From Chara braunii (lineage: Eukaryota > Plantae > Charophyceae), in contig BFEA01000020.1 of assembly GCA_003427395.1 (NCBI GenBank), positions 1,051,123-1,115,122 of the forward strand: DNA of 64,000 bases, in the 5' to 3' direction. Both the position numbers and the translations under genes were made by a program. The notes beneath the pieces are model-generated. The model had not been told where the DNA came from. It did no database searches and worked only from the letters and a program-made list of their open reading frames with translations. This document shows, in pieces, positions 52,425 to 64,000 of the stretch (positions are counted from its first letter, which is position 1; every line of letters starts with the position of its first letter).

Positions 52425-54574
52425 CGCAACTGCTAAAACGACAGCGGGCCCCCCAATAGAATGCATGTCCATTATGGGTGTATCTAGACAGAAAGTTGCT
52501 TCAAAAGATAACAACCACAATGGTGGTGCGTTCTGTCTAAGGGCCTGGAAAAGGCCGTTGTCGGCCTCAAACGGCCAGGGGGCAAAATGCAAAGATGACC
52601 TGGGCTGACGGGGTAAAACGAAAATAAAACAGAGCCTGGGAAAAGTTCGCAAGTACCGGGACCTTTTGCAAAGATGGACAGTACCTGGTAGGGGTATTTT
52701 GCAAAGATGGTGGGTCCAACCGACGCCAGGGGCATTTCGCAAAGCATTTTTTGCATCGGAGGGGCTCCGCTCTACCCACATCCTTTAGGGGCATTTTGGC
52801 ATATAGCTCAACTTATAGTGCCATTTTCGCAAATTATCCCTTCTTTCTTTTCTGGGAGATGAATCTCAGCATTTCTAGTGAAAACAAGGCCTGGGCTGCC
52901 ACGTCTCGTTCGCCATAAGGGGCGGTACTGGTGCCAGGCTCAAATTTCCCCTACTGGTACCCGCCCCCTCCAGGCTTGGCAAAAAATGGCATGCAGGGCA
53001 TTTTTAGGTTTGGCATCAATAGCTGAGAAAGGTACTGGTGGTTTGAGTTGGGCAGGGTCTGCGTATAGATGCAAGTTAGGTGCTGGACTGGGTATAGCCG
53101 GTATTCCCATCTTTAAATGGGGTACAGATGCAAAATTTCCCTAAATAAAACAAACAGAATCGGGCGTATGTACTTGTGTTGAATCCTCCGATGGAACATG
53201 GAAAGATACATTCCCATATTTTTTGTCTTTTACGCATGTGGAGCGAGTGCCTGGCGCCCGCAGAAACGACAAAAAAATAAAACAATGAACAGAATCGGGC
53301 GCATGTACTTGTGTTCCAAAACATCCGCCCCAGAACAGACGTGAGAGCATTCCATCTGGATTCGATCTTCTGCCCTGCGGTTCCCCGTGGGACACCCCCC
53401 CCCCGGTACCTCTCGCACACCAGCTATTTTCGCTGGCCCCGGTGGGCAGCATCAGCTGAGGACCGCGCTCATTAGGAGTATAGAGGGGGTGGAAACAATG
53501 GGATAACCTGCTCATGTACCATGCCACCCTCCATAATGTCATCTTCCACAACTGCAGTTGCGAGCTGGAATGTTCAGTCTATCTGGAGTATCGCACGCCT
53601 ATCAGAAACAGAGGAATGCAATAATGTGGAAGGCTACCCCACTCCATGCCTATTTCGTACAAGGCGGATTCCCACTGCCAGCCAGCTTTGCTGAAATGCC
53701 AGCGACACATTTTTGGTTTAGTTTGGCTGGTGCCGTCAGCCATTTAGTCCGGTTGCCCCCAGCCAGCCTCTGATTTTTTTGGTGAGGCTCAAAAGTTGGC
53801 TGGGGCCATGTACTGTTGGTTCAAGCACAATGAAAGTGATAGGTCCTGGGGGGGGTTTGTCCTTTTCCTTCTTTTCGTCCATTCGTTTGGCAGAATGTTT
53901 TAGGCAGTTCTGCAGAATGCTTTCGGGCAGTTCGGTTAGTTTGGCAGAACCGTTTTTGGCAAGTTCCATTTGTTTGGCGGAACGTTTTTGGGAAGTTCCG
54001 TTCGTTTGGCGGAACGCTTTCGGGCAGTTCCATTCATTTGGCCGCGTCCACACATTCTGGCCCGCCTGTGACGGGGCAGAGAATCCTTGAGTGCCCCAAA
54101 CTCGGAAACTAACTCACGAATTCCGATGACTCTTGTTGAGACATCATTGGGATTCATGAGTTTTTTTTGCAAGGTGCACAGATTAGTCAGAACATGTCTT
54201 CTTCTCTCCTTGAACGCAGATTTCTCTCCTTGACTGCAGACTGTGTCCATCACGTCTTGTGAACTGTTTTCTTGAGAGGACTTGCGAAACAGCCACAGTT
54301 TTGTGCAGGTCGTGTGGCTGAATGCTGTAGAATGAACCCTTTGTTTTGCTGGTAAATTGCTTCACAAGAGCTGGCGAGGTTTCAGTCTGTCTACTTTGGT
54401 GGCACTCACTGTAGTCCAATTGACTTTCTGTCACTGATTCGCAATTTCACACAGTTTCATGCTTTTTCGATTCTTCAGAAGGGTGGGTGTTCGTACCACC
54501 ACCAGTACCTTTCCCAGCTACTTTTCAGAGATGCGGCTCGTTAATGGCTGCAACTTTCAGGGCCAGGCCACTGT

Positions 54575-54852
54575 TGATAAATTCCATCGGCGGCCGTTGT
54601 CGTGTTTCGGGGCTCCGAAAGTCACAGTGAGGGGACCACGGCCGATGTGAGGGTGGGGTATTGGTGGTTTAACCCACCGGTCCATCTGAGTCTCTGTCCG
54701 TTTTCTGATGTGTTTGATAAATTCCATTGGCGGCCGTTGTCGTGTTTCGGGGCTCCGAAAGTCTCAGTGAGGGGCCCACGAGCGATGTGGGGGTGAGGTA
54801 CTGGTGGTTTAACCCACCGGTACATCTGAGTCTCTGCTCGTTTTCTGATGTG
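54575..54852. repeat. ~140-bp tandem duplication
   Basis: TTGATAAATTCCAT..TTTTCTGATGTGT occurs twice. Confidence 0.9.
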
Positions 54853-55173
54853 TGATCTTACCGGCAGCTACTGACTGTCTTCACCCCAATAGAGCGCCCA
54901 GTCGTTATCGCTGTTTCTAGACGGCAGGTGGCCCCAAGCACAGCTATGATGAGTGGGTGTTCTATTCAGGTGCAGACAGTGGCATGGGAGGGCTTACCAC
55001 CCGCTGCAAGCCATATTGGTCAGGTAGGCTAAACCTTTCTGCAACCCCCGTGGTAAACCGGCCTTTTTTGTTACCCTCATGTGTTTGTTTTTTCCCCTCT
55101 TCTTTCTCATATATAGAGCAAGAAACGCTCATTGCCATTTGTGTTTTGATTCTTTTGGATCCTTTCAATCTCA

Positions 55174-55291
55174 GGGCGGACTCACACTAGCACCATCTTA
55201 AATGTACCTGAACACATTTACGCCCGGATCTGGATGTATCACGCCACAATTACGTCCAGAAATAATAAAAAGTCCTAGTGTGAGTATGCCC
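55174..55291. mobile_element. 118-bp Harbinger-like MITE, family 2
   Basis: TIR GGGCGGACTCACACTAG / CTAGTGTGAGTATGCCC with TSD TCA. Confidence 0.8.
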
Positions 55292-55689
55292 TCAGAGTGG
55301 TTATGGGTCCACCACCAACCATACTACAATCCAGTCAAACCACAGTTCACAAGGAGCCTAAGTCCACCAAGCTAGCTTCCAAGGCTCACGAGCCTGCAAC
55401 TGCACCTTTCGAAGGTGGCCTGCCCCTTTCAGTACCGAAGCCAAGTGATCTTGCCGTATATACCAGTAAGAGCACTACTTAGGTTCATTTGAACTGGCGG
55501 TTTACAAATGAAAAACACCATACTGCAATCTGTTCCTTCTCTCTGGCTTCTCCTCTCTGCGTGGGCCCACATGCCCACCTGTTGCTGCTATCTTCCCTGG
55601 TGTTGTTTTTTTTTTCTTTTTTTTTTTCCCCGTCTGTCGAGTGGGCAATTTCCCACTCCGAGCAATCACTCCCGTATCTTACACCAGTT

Positions 55690-55720
<31 letters not shown>

Positions 55721-55869
55721 AAAAAGAAAAAAAAGGGTTTAGGCTGCCGGAGTTTCTAGGGCCCAGTCATTATTGCTGTATCGAGACTGAAAGCTGCCCC
55801 AAATAGACTGGGCGTTGTGTCGGGTGAAGGTGGTGGGGGTATGGATTATCACGCATTAGAGCAGACCCC

Positions 55870-56950
55870 TTTTGAGGTGAGTTACATGGAAATAAGGGGT
55901 GTATTTTGGACGTAAAGAAGTAAAGGCTGTTGCCCGTTAAAATAAAATGAAAAAAAGAGAAATAAAGATGCAAGGAAAATGCGCAATAGGAGATGACAAT
56001 GCCCAGCATGCACAATCACATTGAAGGCCAGATAGTATCACAGTGTCCAGAAAGCAGAAATGCACCAATATAACACCAATGAAGAATCCCGTAACACTGA
56101 AAACCAATGTCAATGAGAGATTGCTCTCGCCACCACCAACTTGAGTGTCCAGGCCCTATCTCCCTACTTGGCGCTCGGCGCCCAGCCTACTTCCTACACA
56201 GCTACAGTCTGCCTACTAATTGACAATGCAACTGTTGACGTCAGCAGTCCACGAAGATGTCACCCAATGCAGACCATCGCCAATACCAGGTATGTGCCCT
56301 CACATCATCATCATCATGATCCTTCTCCCTCTCCCCTGACTCACTCCCACGTCTTCCCCCTGTAGACCCGAAGACCACCCCTGCGCCTCACTGTGCAACC
56401 AAGCCCTCAGCCAGCTATGGAGGCTGGGCTATGGCGCTGCCCTCAGCAGCGCCCTGCTTCCACACACGACCGCACGTGCGCAGCACCTTGCTCCAGCGCT
56501 AGCAGCCAGCACGCGAGCAGAAGCTCCAGCCAGCAAGTGCCTGAATGCCGCTCCAGGCAGCGAGCTCTTCCCTATATGGAAAGAGCCTGCCTGCCAAGAG
56601 CCTGGCTGGCCTGGGCCTGGGCCCAGAAGCTTCCGGTAGGCCCCAGGATGCTGCGCCTCTGGTGCAGCTACAGGGCCTCATTCGGTTGGGCCCCCCAACT
56701 GTCTGTGTATGAGGCTGCGAATCTCGCCCAGGGCCTGCGCTTTCGGAACAGCCTAGAAGGCCGTGGAATTTCCTCGCTGCTCGGCCTGTGTTTCCTTCAA
56801 CCAACTGGCGCGACGAAACTGCCTGGACCCCAAATACAAAATTGACAGCCGAGGCCTTCTCGTGATTTATCAGGCCCGCCTTCACTTAGGGCGGGCGCAG
56901 ATGCAACAGGGCCCCCTTAGGCCTGCCGAGGACCCAGATCCTCACAAAGA
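55870..56950. repeat. Diverged third copy of the 57-58 kb / 63 kb repeat
   Basis: Shares TGCAAGGAA, CAGCTATGG, TTCGGTTGGGCCCC, AACCAACTGGCG and CCCGCCTTCACTTAGGGCGGGC blocks in the same order. Confidence 0.7.
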
Positions 56951-57236
56951 CTTTCTACGAGGAAATAAACGGTGTATTTTTTTGGAAGTAAAAGGAACAA
57001 ACTTCAATTAAGTCTGTTGCCCCTTAAAAAAGGAAAACTGGCAATCAGTACAAACATCACTATGTGGAAGGTCACTAGCAATCAACAACGCAGTATTTGC
57101 AGCAATCTGGTGCAAGATAGCCTTCTGTCCGCTTAAACCATCAGTACCTCGCCGTGCTATTTTTCTCCGACGCGGTGTGTTAACGGCCGCGTTGGACGGG
57201 GGTCGGGGGAGGAACGACCAGTACCAACCTAAAAAA

Positions 57237-57279
<43 letters not shown>

Positions 57280-57282
57280 AAA

Positions 57283-58253
57283 TGCAAGGAATATGAGCGA
57301 GAGCGATAGACAGAAATCCAAGTTGCAAAATCACGAAGTAGCTGAGATAGTGATGAACCAAGCAGAGATTGCAATGCACCAAGACACTGTCCAAATAAAA
57401 GCAATACAATGAACGTGAATGTCAATGTTGCCACTCTCTGATCACACCAACACAGTATCCAATGTTGCACTTACTGTCTGGTGCCCAGCGCCCACCCTAT
57501 CCTACTCAGCTTATCTAGTCTATCTACGCTATCGCAACTGGATCACTCTGAAGTCGAAGACCAATGTACTTGACGTCAACACCAATGCCGATCACCAGCA
57601 TACACCAGGTACGTTCTCTCTCCTCTCGTCATCACCCCTCGTCTCCCCACATCATGCGCCTCCTACCCGAAGACCACCTTATCCATCTCGTCCCTTTCGC
57701 CCCTGCAGCCCGGCTATGGCTGCTGTGCGCCCACTGCCCTTGCAGCGCCCCTCACCTCAGCACCCGTGCGCGCGTTCCACCAGCAGCGCCCATGCAGACA
57801 CTTGCGCAGCAATGCAGCAGTGTGTCCGCATTGCCTGCCTAGGCCAGAATGCCCCGGCCAGAGGCTCACACTTTCCTTTATGGAAAGTGTGTCATGGCTG
57901 GCTGGCCTGGCCAGCCGTGTGGGGGGGGCCCAGTAGCTTCGGTTGGGCCCCAGGTGTCTGCGCCCAGGCCCAGTTCTGCATATTGGTCTGGGCCTCGTGC
58001 AGCCTCCAAGTGTTTGCCGCTTTCTCATTGGCTCACGGCTCATGTGTGACTACAATGCTGCTTTCTCATTCGTCCGTGGCCGCTGCGTGATGTGTCGGCC
58101 TTGCACTGCGTGTGCCGAGGGCGCAACCACCCATGCCCTGGGCTCAACTGTACAGCGCAGCCCATGTTTCTGAAGAGCCAAAAGCCTCACGTTTCTGTGT
58201 AACCAACTGGCGTGCTGCAACTGTTTGAGTACCCACGTATGGAAAAATGTCGG
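57283..58253 (-). repeat. Probable 3' LTR, truncated at its inner end
   Basis: High similarity to 62854-63800. Joins the end of RNase H with no integrase or polypurine tract, which implies an internal deletion. Confidence 0.6.
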
Positions 58254-58269
58254 CCAAACTCAGTTATCA

Positions 58270-61200
58270 GCGCAACTAGGTGGTCTGCCCTTCGAGATAG
58301 CGCATCGACAATCCTGTTGTACTCTCCTTTCACGTAGTCTACAATATGACTTCAATCCAACATTTGAGTGAGTCGGAGAGAACAGGCTGCGTCTTGATCC
58401 ACTTGAGTGTCTGATGGTCAGTTCTCAAGTAGAAGAACTGTCCCAACAGATAGTGCCTCCAGTGGACAAGAGCCTTGTAAAGGGCGTAGAGTTCCCTTTC
58501 GTAGGTGGACTTCGCCACCTTTTTGGATGGCATCTTTTTGCTCATGTACTCGATGGGCCTCAACTTTTTCCCTTCCTGCTGGGCTAGCACTGCGCCTGTG
58601 CCATATTGGCTTGTGTCAGTGGTTACAACGAATGGCCTCTCCGGATCGGGGACCATGAGAATCTCATGACGTGTGAGGGCATACTTCAATATTTTGAAAG
58701 CAGCCTCACATGCGTTTGTCCATTCTCAAGGTGTATCAAGGCGTGTTAGATCAGTCAAAGGGGAGGCGATCGTACTATAGCTCTTCACAAAGTTACGGTA
58801 GTAGCCACACATCCCTAAGAATGATCTGACCTCAGTCATAGACTATGCTAGCCACCTTAACATCTTCGGGCCTAACGCGGATATCTCATGACCTAAGTAC
58901 AAGATTCTACTGCGACCGAACTCGCATTTCTCTAAGCTTAGCTTATACTTGTGTTTTCGCAGGAGTGAAAGTGCGTTTTCACCATGTTGGGCATGCTCCT
59001 CGACAATCCTACCTAAGATAAGTATATCATCGAGGTACACGACAATGAACTTATCCAAGTAGTCATGAAAGACCCAATTCATGGCGTGCTGGAATGTTCC
59101 CGACGTATTGCAAATGCCAAAAGGCATCACCACAAACTCGTACAAACCGTACCTGGTCTGAAATGCGGTTTTGAGCTGATCTTCTGGTCTAATGGCAATT
59201 TGATGGTACCCAAATTTTAACTTTATCTTGCTGAAGTACCTACATCCCTGCATCCTATCCAATAGGTCGTCGATCCGTGGTAGAGGCTCTACGTTCTTAA
59301 CGGTAATGACATTGAGGCCTCTATAATCAATGCACATCCTTAGTGTCCCCCCGTCTTCGGGACGAATAGAACTGGTGAGCCGAAGGGGGAGATGCTCGGT
59401 CGAATCCAACCCTTCTCTGTGAGCTCTTTTAGTTGTCGATGAAGCTTGTCCAACTCGGTCAGAGCCATCCTATAGATTCTTCCCTCCGGTGTCTTTCTAT
59501 GGCATGGACAACCTCCCTGTTTACGACTCCTGAAGGCTGCTCGAATAGAACAGGGTACTTTGCGACGACAATTTCTATCTCTGGTGGTATTTTAACGGCC
59601 TCCCCTTTCTCAAAGATAAAAACTAAGTACATACCCTCCTCTTGGTTCTGTTTATAATAATTATAGAATGCTGATGTACACATACAACCGTGAGTGTCTA
59701 TCCGACTGCTAGCCTTGTACTTCGCGAGTCTGACTATCCCACCTTCCGGTAGTACATGCTTAAGCACCTTTCGGTCCCAGTCGAATTGGGGCTGTGCAAC
59801 CTCGAGGTAGTACATACCTAACAGCATGTCAAATGGCAAGTCGTCGCTAACTAGGAACGAAATCCTATGATTAAGTTCCCCACCTCCGTAGTAGGAGGTG
59901 CAGACTATGTCCTTGACGTAGTCATTTACAACCATGCGCTCTTTGTTGGCCAGGGTAGATGTCACATATCTACCCAAGCGCTGCACCCGGTCCCCTAGGT
60001 GCAGTCTCTCAACACAGTCGCGCTTTATGAAGTTCCGCATGGAGCCAATGTCTACGAAGGCACCACACTTGCGGCCACCTACACCGGCTTCCATTATGAA
60101 ATGCTCCCCTCTAGGACCTCTAGATACTGCCACCCAAGACTCATGAGGGTCCCTTGCCGACCACTCAGTTTCCAAGTCTTCTAAGGCCTCAGATACATCT
60201 AACGAACATAGTGTCGTTTGGTCCAGATGTATCTGCGGGGTGACTAGAGAGTCAATAACTTCGGCCAACTCCTGAAGTGGTTAGGGTACATCAACCACTT
60301 CAGCATGAGCATAAGCAGCTATTACTTGTACGGGCCGGATGTGTTTCCCTGATTGGAGCTCGTAGAGGCACAACTCTGGGCGAAAAATCCCCCAAAACCG
60401 CCTTGGGAAGAATCTTTTGAGAGACTTTCTCGTTATTGCATCTAAACTGTTGATGGCCATATTCGCCGCAGTTAATGCAAGCTCCTCGCGAGTACCGAGC
60501 CCTCCACACATCCCTGATCCAGGCCAACCCTCACCCAAGCCGCTATCTTCTTTGAGTTATGAGCCTTCCCCTGACTCTTTTGCTGACTGCCCTTGCCGCG
60601 ACCAACTGCCTTTCCTTTGGTTATGGCGACGAGGTTGCCACCCTCTGCACTCTCCTCGCCACCTATCTTTGTTTCCTCCACAAGATTAGAGAGATCATAA
60701 TCTCGGTTTGATTCCCATCAGAATCAACCATCATCAACCGACTATCCTTCTTCTTCCATTCTTGTGGGGGCTTCTTCTCCCTCCCGTCCATAGCAAGTTG
60801 TTGAGCTCCTCCTAGCTTGGCCTCTAAATCTAAGGCCTTCTTGCTAAAGGAGTGAAGAGTATGATATTTCGATGCTAGCCTCACTAACCATATCTTGATG
60901 TCTGTGGGAAGGCATCGAAAATACATAGTCAGTAAGACTTGTGGATCATAGTGGGGTAACACTTGTGAATCATAACGGACACCCAGGACGACTATGAATT
61001 TCTCCACGGCGGCGGTGAGCTCATGCGCGGACTTGTACCTTCTGGTATCAAGCCGGGCCAACGCATCAGTGGCCCTGCTGGGCCTGCTGGAGGTTGTGCC
61101 ATCGCGTTTCAACCAATGCCATGAAACTCTCCAATGTGTGGGTCTTTGCCCAATCATTCATTCACCGATCGAGCCCCTCAGATGCCACTATTCCATCTAG

Positions 61201-61785
61201 CCATCTCGATGCCAATCCCTCAAGATATGAGGCGGCAGTGATCACCTCTTCTTCTCGCAACGTCCTCTTTGCCCTACCCCACACCGGAACCGTCCTCAAC
61301 CATGTGTCAAGTGCCTCGCCCTTCTTATCTCCTGAGAAAGACGGGGGTGGTTTCAGTGGAGTATTGGGGTACCAAGGCTGTTGTAGTCCCATTTGTGGAA
61401 CTGGCTGCTGCCCGGTAGCGGTAGCAATTGGACTTGAAGATGAAGAATCAGCAGTTTGTGCTGCTGCTGCGGATGTACCACTTGGCGGGGTACCAGATTG
61501 AGTGGCAAATGAGTCTGTGATCGCCGGTGTTACTACTGGCGATGGAAATGCTGCCTGCGACAGGACACTGGGGCCACCAGCTAAGGAGGGATGTGGTCCT
61601 CCTCTTGTTTGCATGACATTCAGTATATGGTCAATGGTATCCTGAATTGCATCCAGTTTGCTTTCCATGTACGCGTACATCCTCAACATACCCGCCTTGA
61701 GGATTTTACTCGTGTCGTCAAGGGTCGAGTGATCTATTCTGACTCCGACTAGCTCTCCTACAACAACATCACACAAAACTGACAC
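58270..61785 (-). mobile_element. Ty3/gypsy gag-pol (gag, CCHC knuckle, protease, RT, RNase H), frameshifted; integrase missing
   Basis: LKPPPSFSGDK gag, CINCGEYGHQQFRC, FVDIGS protease-site variant, [19 protein letters not shown], and TDTSQYGTGAVL..ERELYA..TDH RNase H. PR-RT-RH order is gypsy type. Confidence 0.95.
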
Positions 61786-62838
61786 TGGTAAACTACTACA
61801 GTTCTAAGCTTATGTTGTATGTCAGGTTCTAGCAGTTCGTCACGACTCAACTAATCAAAATAAAAATAGATCAAGTGCACAAATGTATGTGGTAATGGAA
61901 ATAATTGTGTTTGTGTACGAGCGCCAATTGGAAACTTCCCTTCCCTTGTATCCAACGAACTTGACTTGCATCATCAAGCAGCAGTGTCTGTCGTGTGCAC
62001 AACGGCCCACCCTTGTGCCCAGGAACCCACTTATGACCAGTACTGCCCGTTATCCTCACGTGCAACGAGCCTTACATCCGACTGATCTGGTTGACCAAGA
62101 GGCAGTTTAAGGACAACCCCCAAGGTCCTCATGAATTATTTAACGTCGTAGACAGGACGATGATCACAACTAGTGTTCAAATCAGATCCCGCTAGAAATA
62201 ATTTATAGATGATCTGGTAGATGTCTTGCATAAAACTGGACAGTCCACGTTCCATCTACAGCGCAACAAGAGCTTAAAGGACAATGCAGAAAAGCATGCG
62301 TGCTCTACTCCCATGGGTTGGCATGGTGACCGTGACCCGTGCTTCGACCAGGGCCCTTCAGAGGCACCACCCTCTCCTTCCAGATGCACCACCAGGAAGA
62401 ATGTCGACTCTCAAGGTAGAGCGGTCACAACTCCTGAACCATAAGAGGACAATCAAGTTGGACTCACTTCCTCATGGTAAGAAGAGATTGAGATGGGAAG
62501 ATAAGGTAAGGGAACAATGTACCTGGAGATAGCTGCCCTCAACCACAAATTTCTCACCAATTGAGCCGACGTGCATTTTGATGACCTGTCACAGCCTCGG
62601 TACCACCTACACTGCAATGCAGTGCCACCTCAGCCAAAATGCATGTCAGCACGCTCTCATCATCCCACACACACCCTGTCGCCACAACTCCCACTCTGTG
62701 CCACAGCCCTCCTGCCAGCCTCCCCTCTACCCGGGAGTGGCAAACTATGCCAGCGCCAATGTATCCTCACTGCGTAGAAGCTTCATCAGCGCACCAAGTA
62801 ACAATGCCGCCAGCGCCGGTAACGGCGATCTCGAACCA

Positions 62839-62850
62839 GCTCCGATACCA
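62839..62850 (-). other. Primer-binding site, tRNA-iMet-like (TGGTATCGGAGC)
   Basis: 11/12 match to the canonical TGGTATCAGAGC, directly inside the repeat boundary. Confidence 0.7.
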
Positions 62851-62853
62851 AAT

Positions 62854-63800
62854 TGAAAGGAATATGAGCGAGAGTGATAGACAGGAATCCAAGTTGCAAA
62901 ATCACGAAGTAGCTCAGATAATCATGAACTAAGCAGAGATTGCAATGCACCAAGACACCGTCCAAATAAGAGAAATACAATGAACTCGAATGTCAATGTC
63001 GCCACTCTATTGGCGTCCAGCGCCCAGCCTAGCCTACTCAGCCTATCTAGCCTATCTATGTTCTCGCAACTGGATCACTCTGAAATCGAAGACCAATGTA
63101 CGTGACGTCAACACCAATGCCGATCACCAGCATACACCAGGTACGCTCTCTGTCCTCTCGTCATCACCCCTCGTCTCCCCACATCATGCGCCTCCTACCC
63201 AAAGACTACCTTCGCCATCACCTGCCTTGCGCTCCTGCAGCCCAGCTATGGCTGCTGTGCGCCCGCTGCCCTTGCAGTGCCCGTGCGCGCGTTCGACCAG
63301 CAGCACCCATGCATACACTTGCACAGCAACGCAGCAGCATGTCCGCATTGCCTGCCTAGGCCAGAATGCCCCTGCCAGAGGCTCACAATTTCCTTTATAG
63401 AAAGCGTGTCGCGGCTGGCTGGCCTGGCCAGGCGTGTGGGGGGGAGCTCAGTATCTTCGGTTGGGCCCCAGGTGTCTGCACCCAGGCCCAGTTCCCCATA
63501 TTGGTCTGGGCCTCGTGCAGTTAGACACATTCAGGCAGCCACACAGCCTCCAAGTGTTCGCTGCTTTCTCATTGGCTCACGGCTCATGTGTGACGACAAT
63601 GCTGCTTTCTCATTCGTCCGTGGCCGCTGCGTGATGTGTCGGCCTCACACTGCGTGTGCCCAGGCCGCAACCACCCAGGCCCTGGGCTCAACTGTACAGC
63701 GCAGCCCATTTTTCTGGAAAGATCCAGAAGGCTCACATTTCCCTGTAACCAACTGGCGGGCTGCAACTGTCTGAGTACCCACATATGGAGAAATGTCGGA
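62854..63800 (-). repeat. Probable 5' LTR (may extend further right) of the 58-62 kb element
   Basis: Direct repeat of 57283-58253. On the minus strand it ends in CA at 62854, followed after 3 nt by a PBS-like sequence. Confidence 0.65.
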
Positions 63801-64000
63801 AATAGGCCCCACGTGGATATACAGCCCCGCCTTCACTTAGGGCGGGCACAAGGCTTGCTGGGGGCCTCAGCCCAGAACACGTGCATGGCTGACAAGGGCC
63901 CCGTGAGGGCTCATTCCTCGCAAAAAAGATTCCTGAAACTGAAACAAAACAAATGGGAAAAGAAACGCAGTGGGGAAACAAAACGAATGGGGGGGGGGGG

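Noticed and set aside
56393-58173. Ala/Pro/Cys-rich ORFs of 100-220 aa
   Set aside because: They lie in the LTR-like repeat, have no recognisable domain, and their frames differ between copies.

Overview
Repeat-rich eukaryotic window, probably a streptophyte alga such as Chara (inferred from the plant-type SRPK, the Ty3/gypsy style and the microsatellite load; not verified). The only intact host gene is an intronless SR-protein kinase (36188-39190) with a very long low-complexity spacer. The rest is mobile DNA: two decayed Ty3/gypsy gag-pol regions, a candidate 3.9-kb solo LTR with an inverted relative, nested tandem arrays and several Harbinger-like MITEs. Main candidate system: (i) a degenerate Penelope-like retroelement (24435-33865, minus strand) with no visible GIY-YIG endonuclease, a GRF-like zinc finger, and ~2.5-kb direct repeats that each carry a type I hammerhead ribozyme and begin at a (CA)n tract; (ii) a separate ~1.05-kb non-coding unit bounded by (CA)n on both sides (51111-52162) with a fully paired type III hammerhead. 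Together these suggest a (CA)n-targeted, ribozyme-processed autonomous/non-autonomous pair. A second notable structure is an array of seven covarying RNA hairpins with a near-invariant loop at 5547-6272. All alignments, translations and folds were done by eye.
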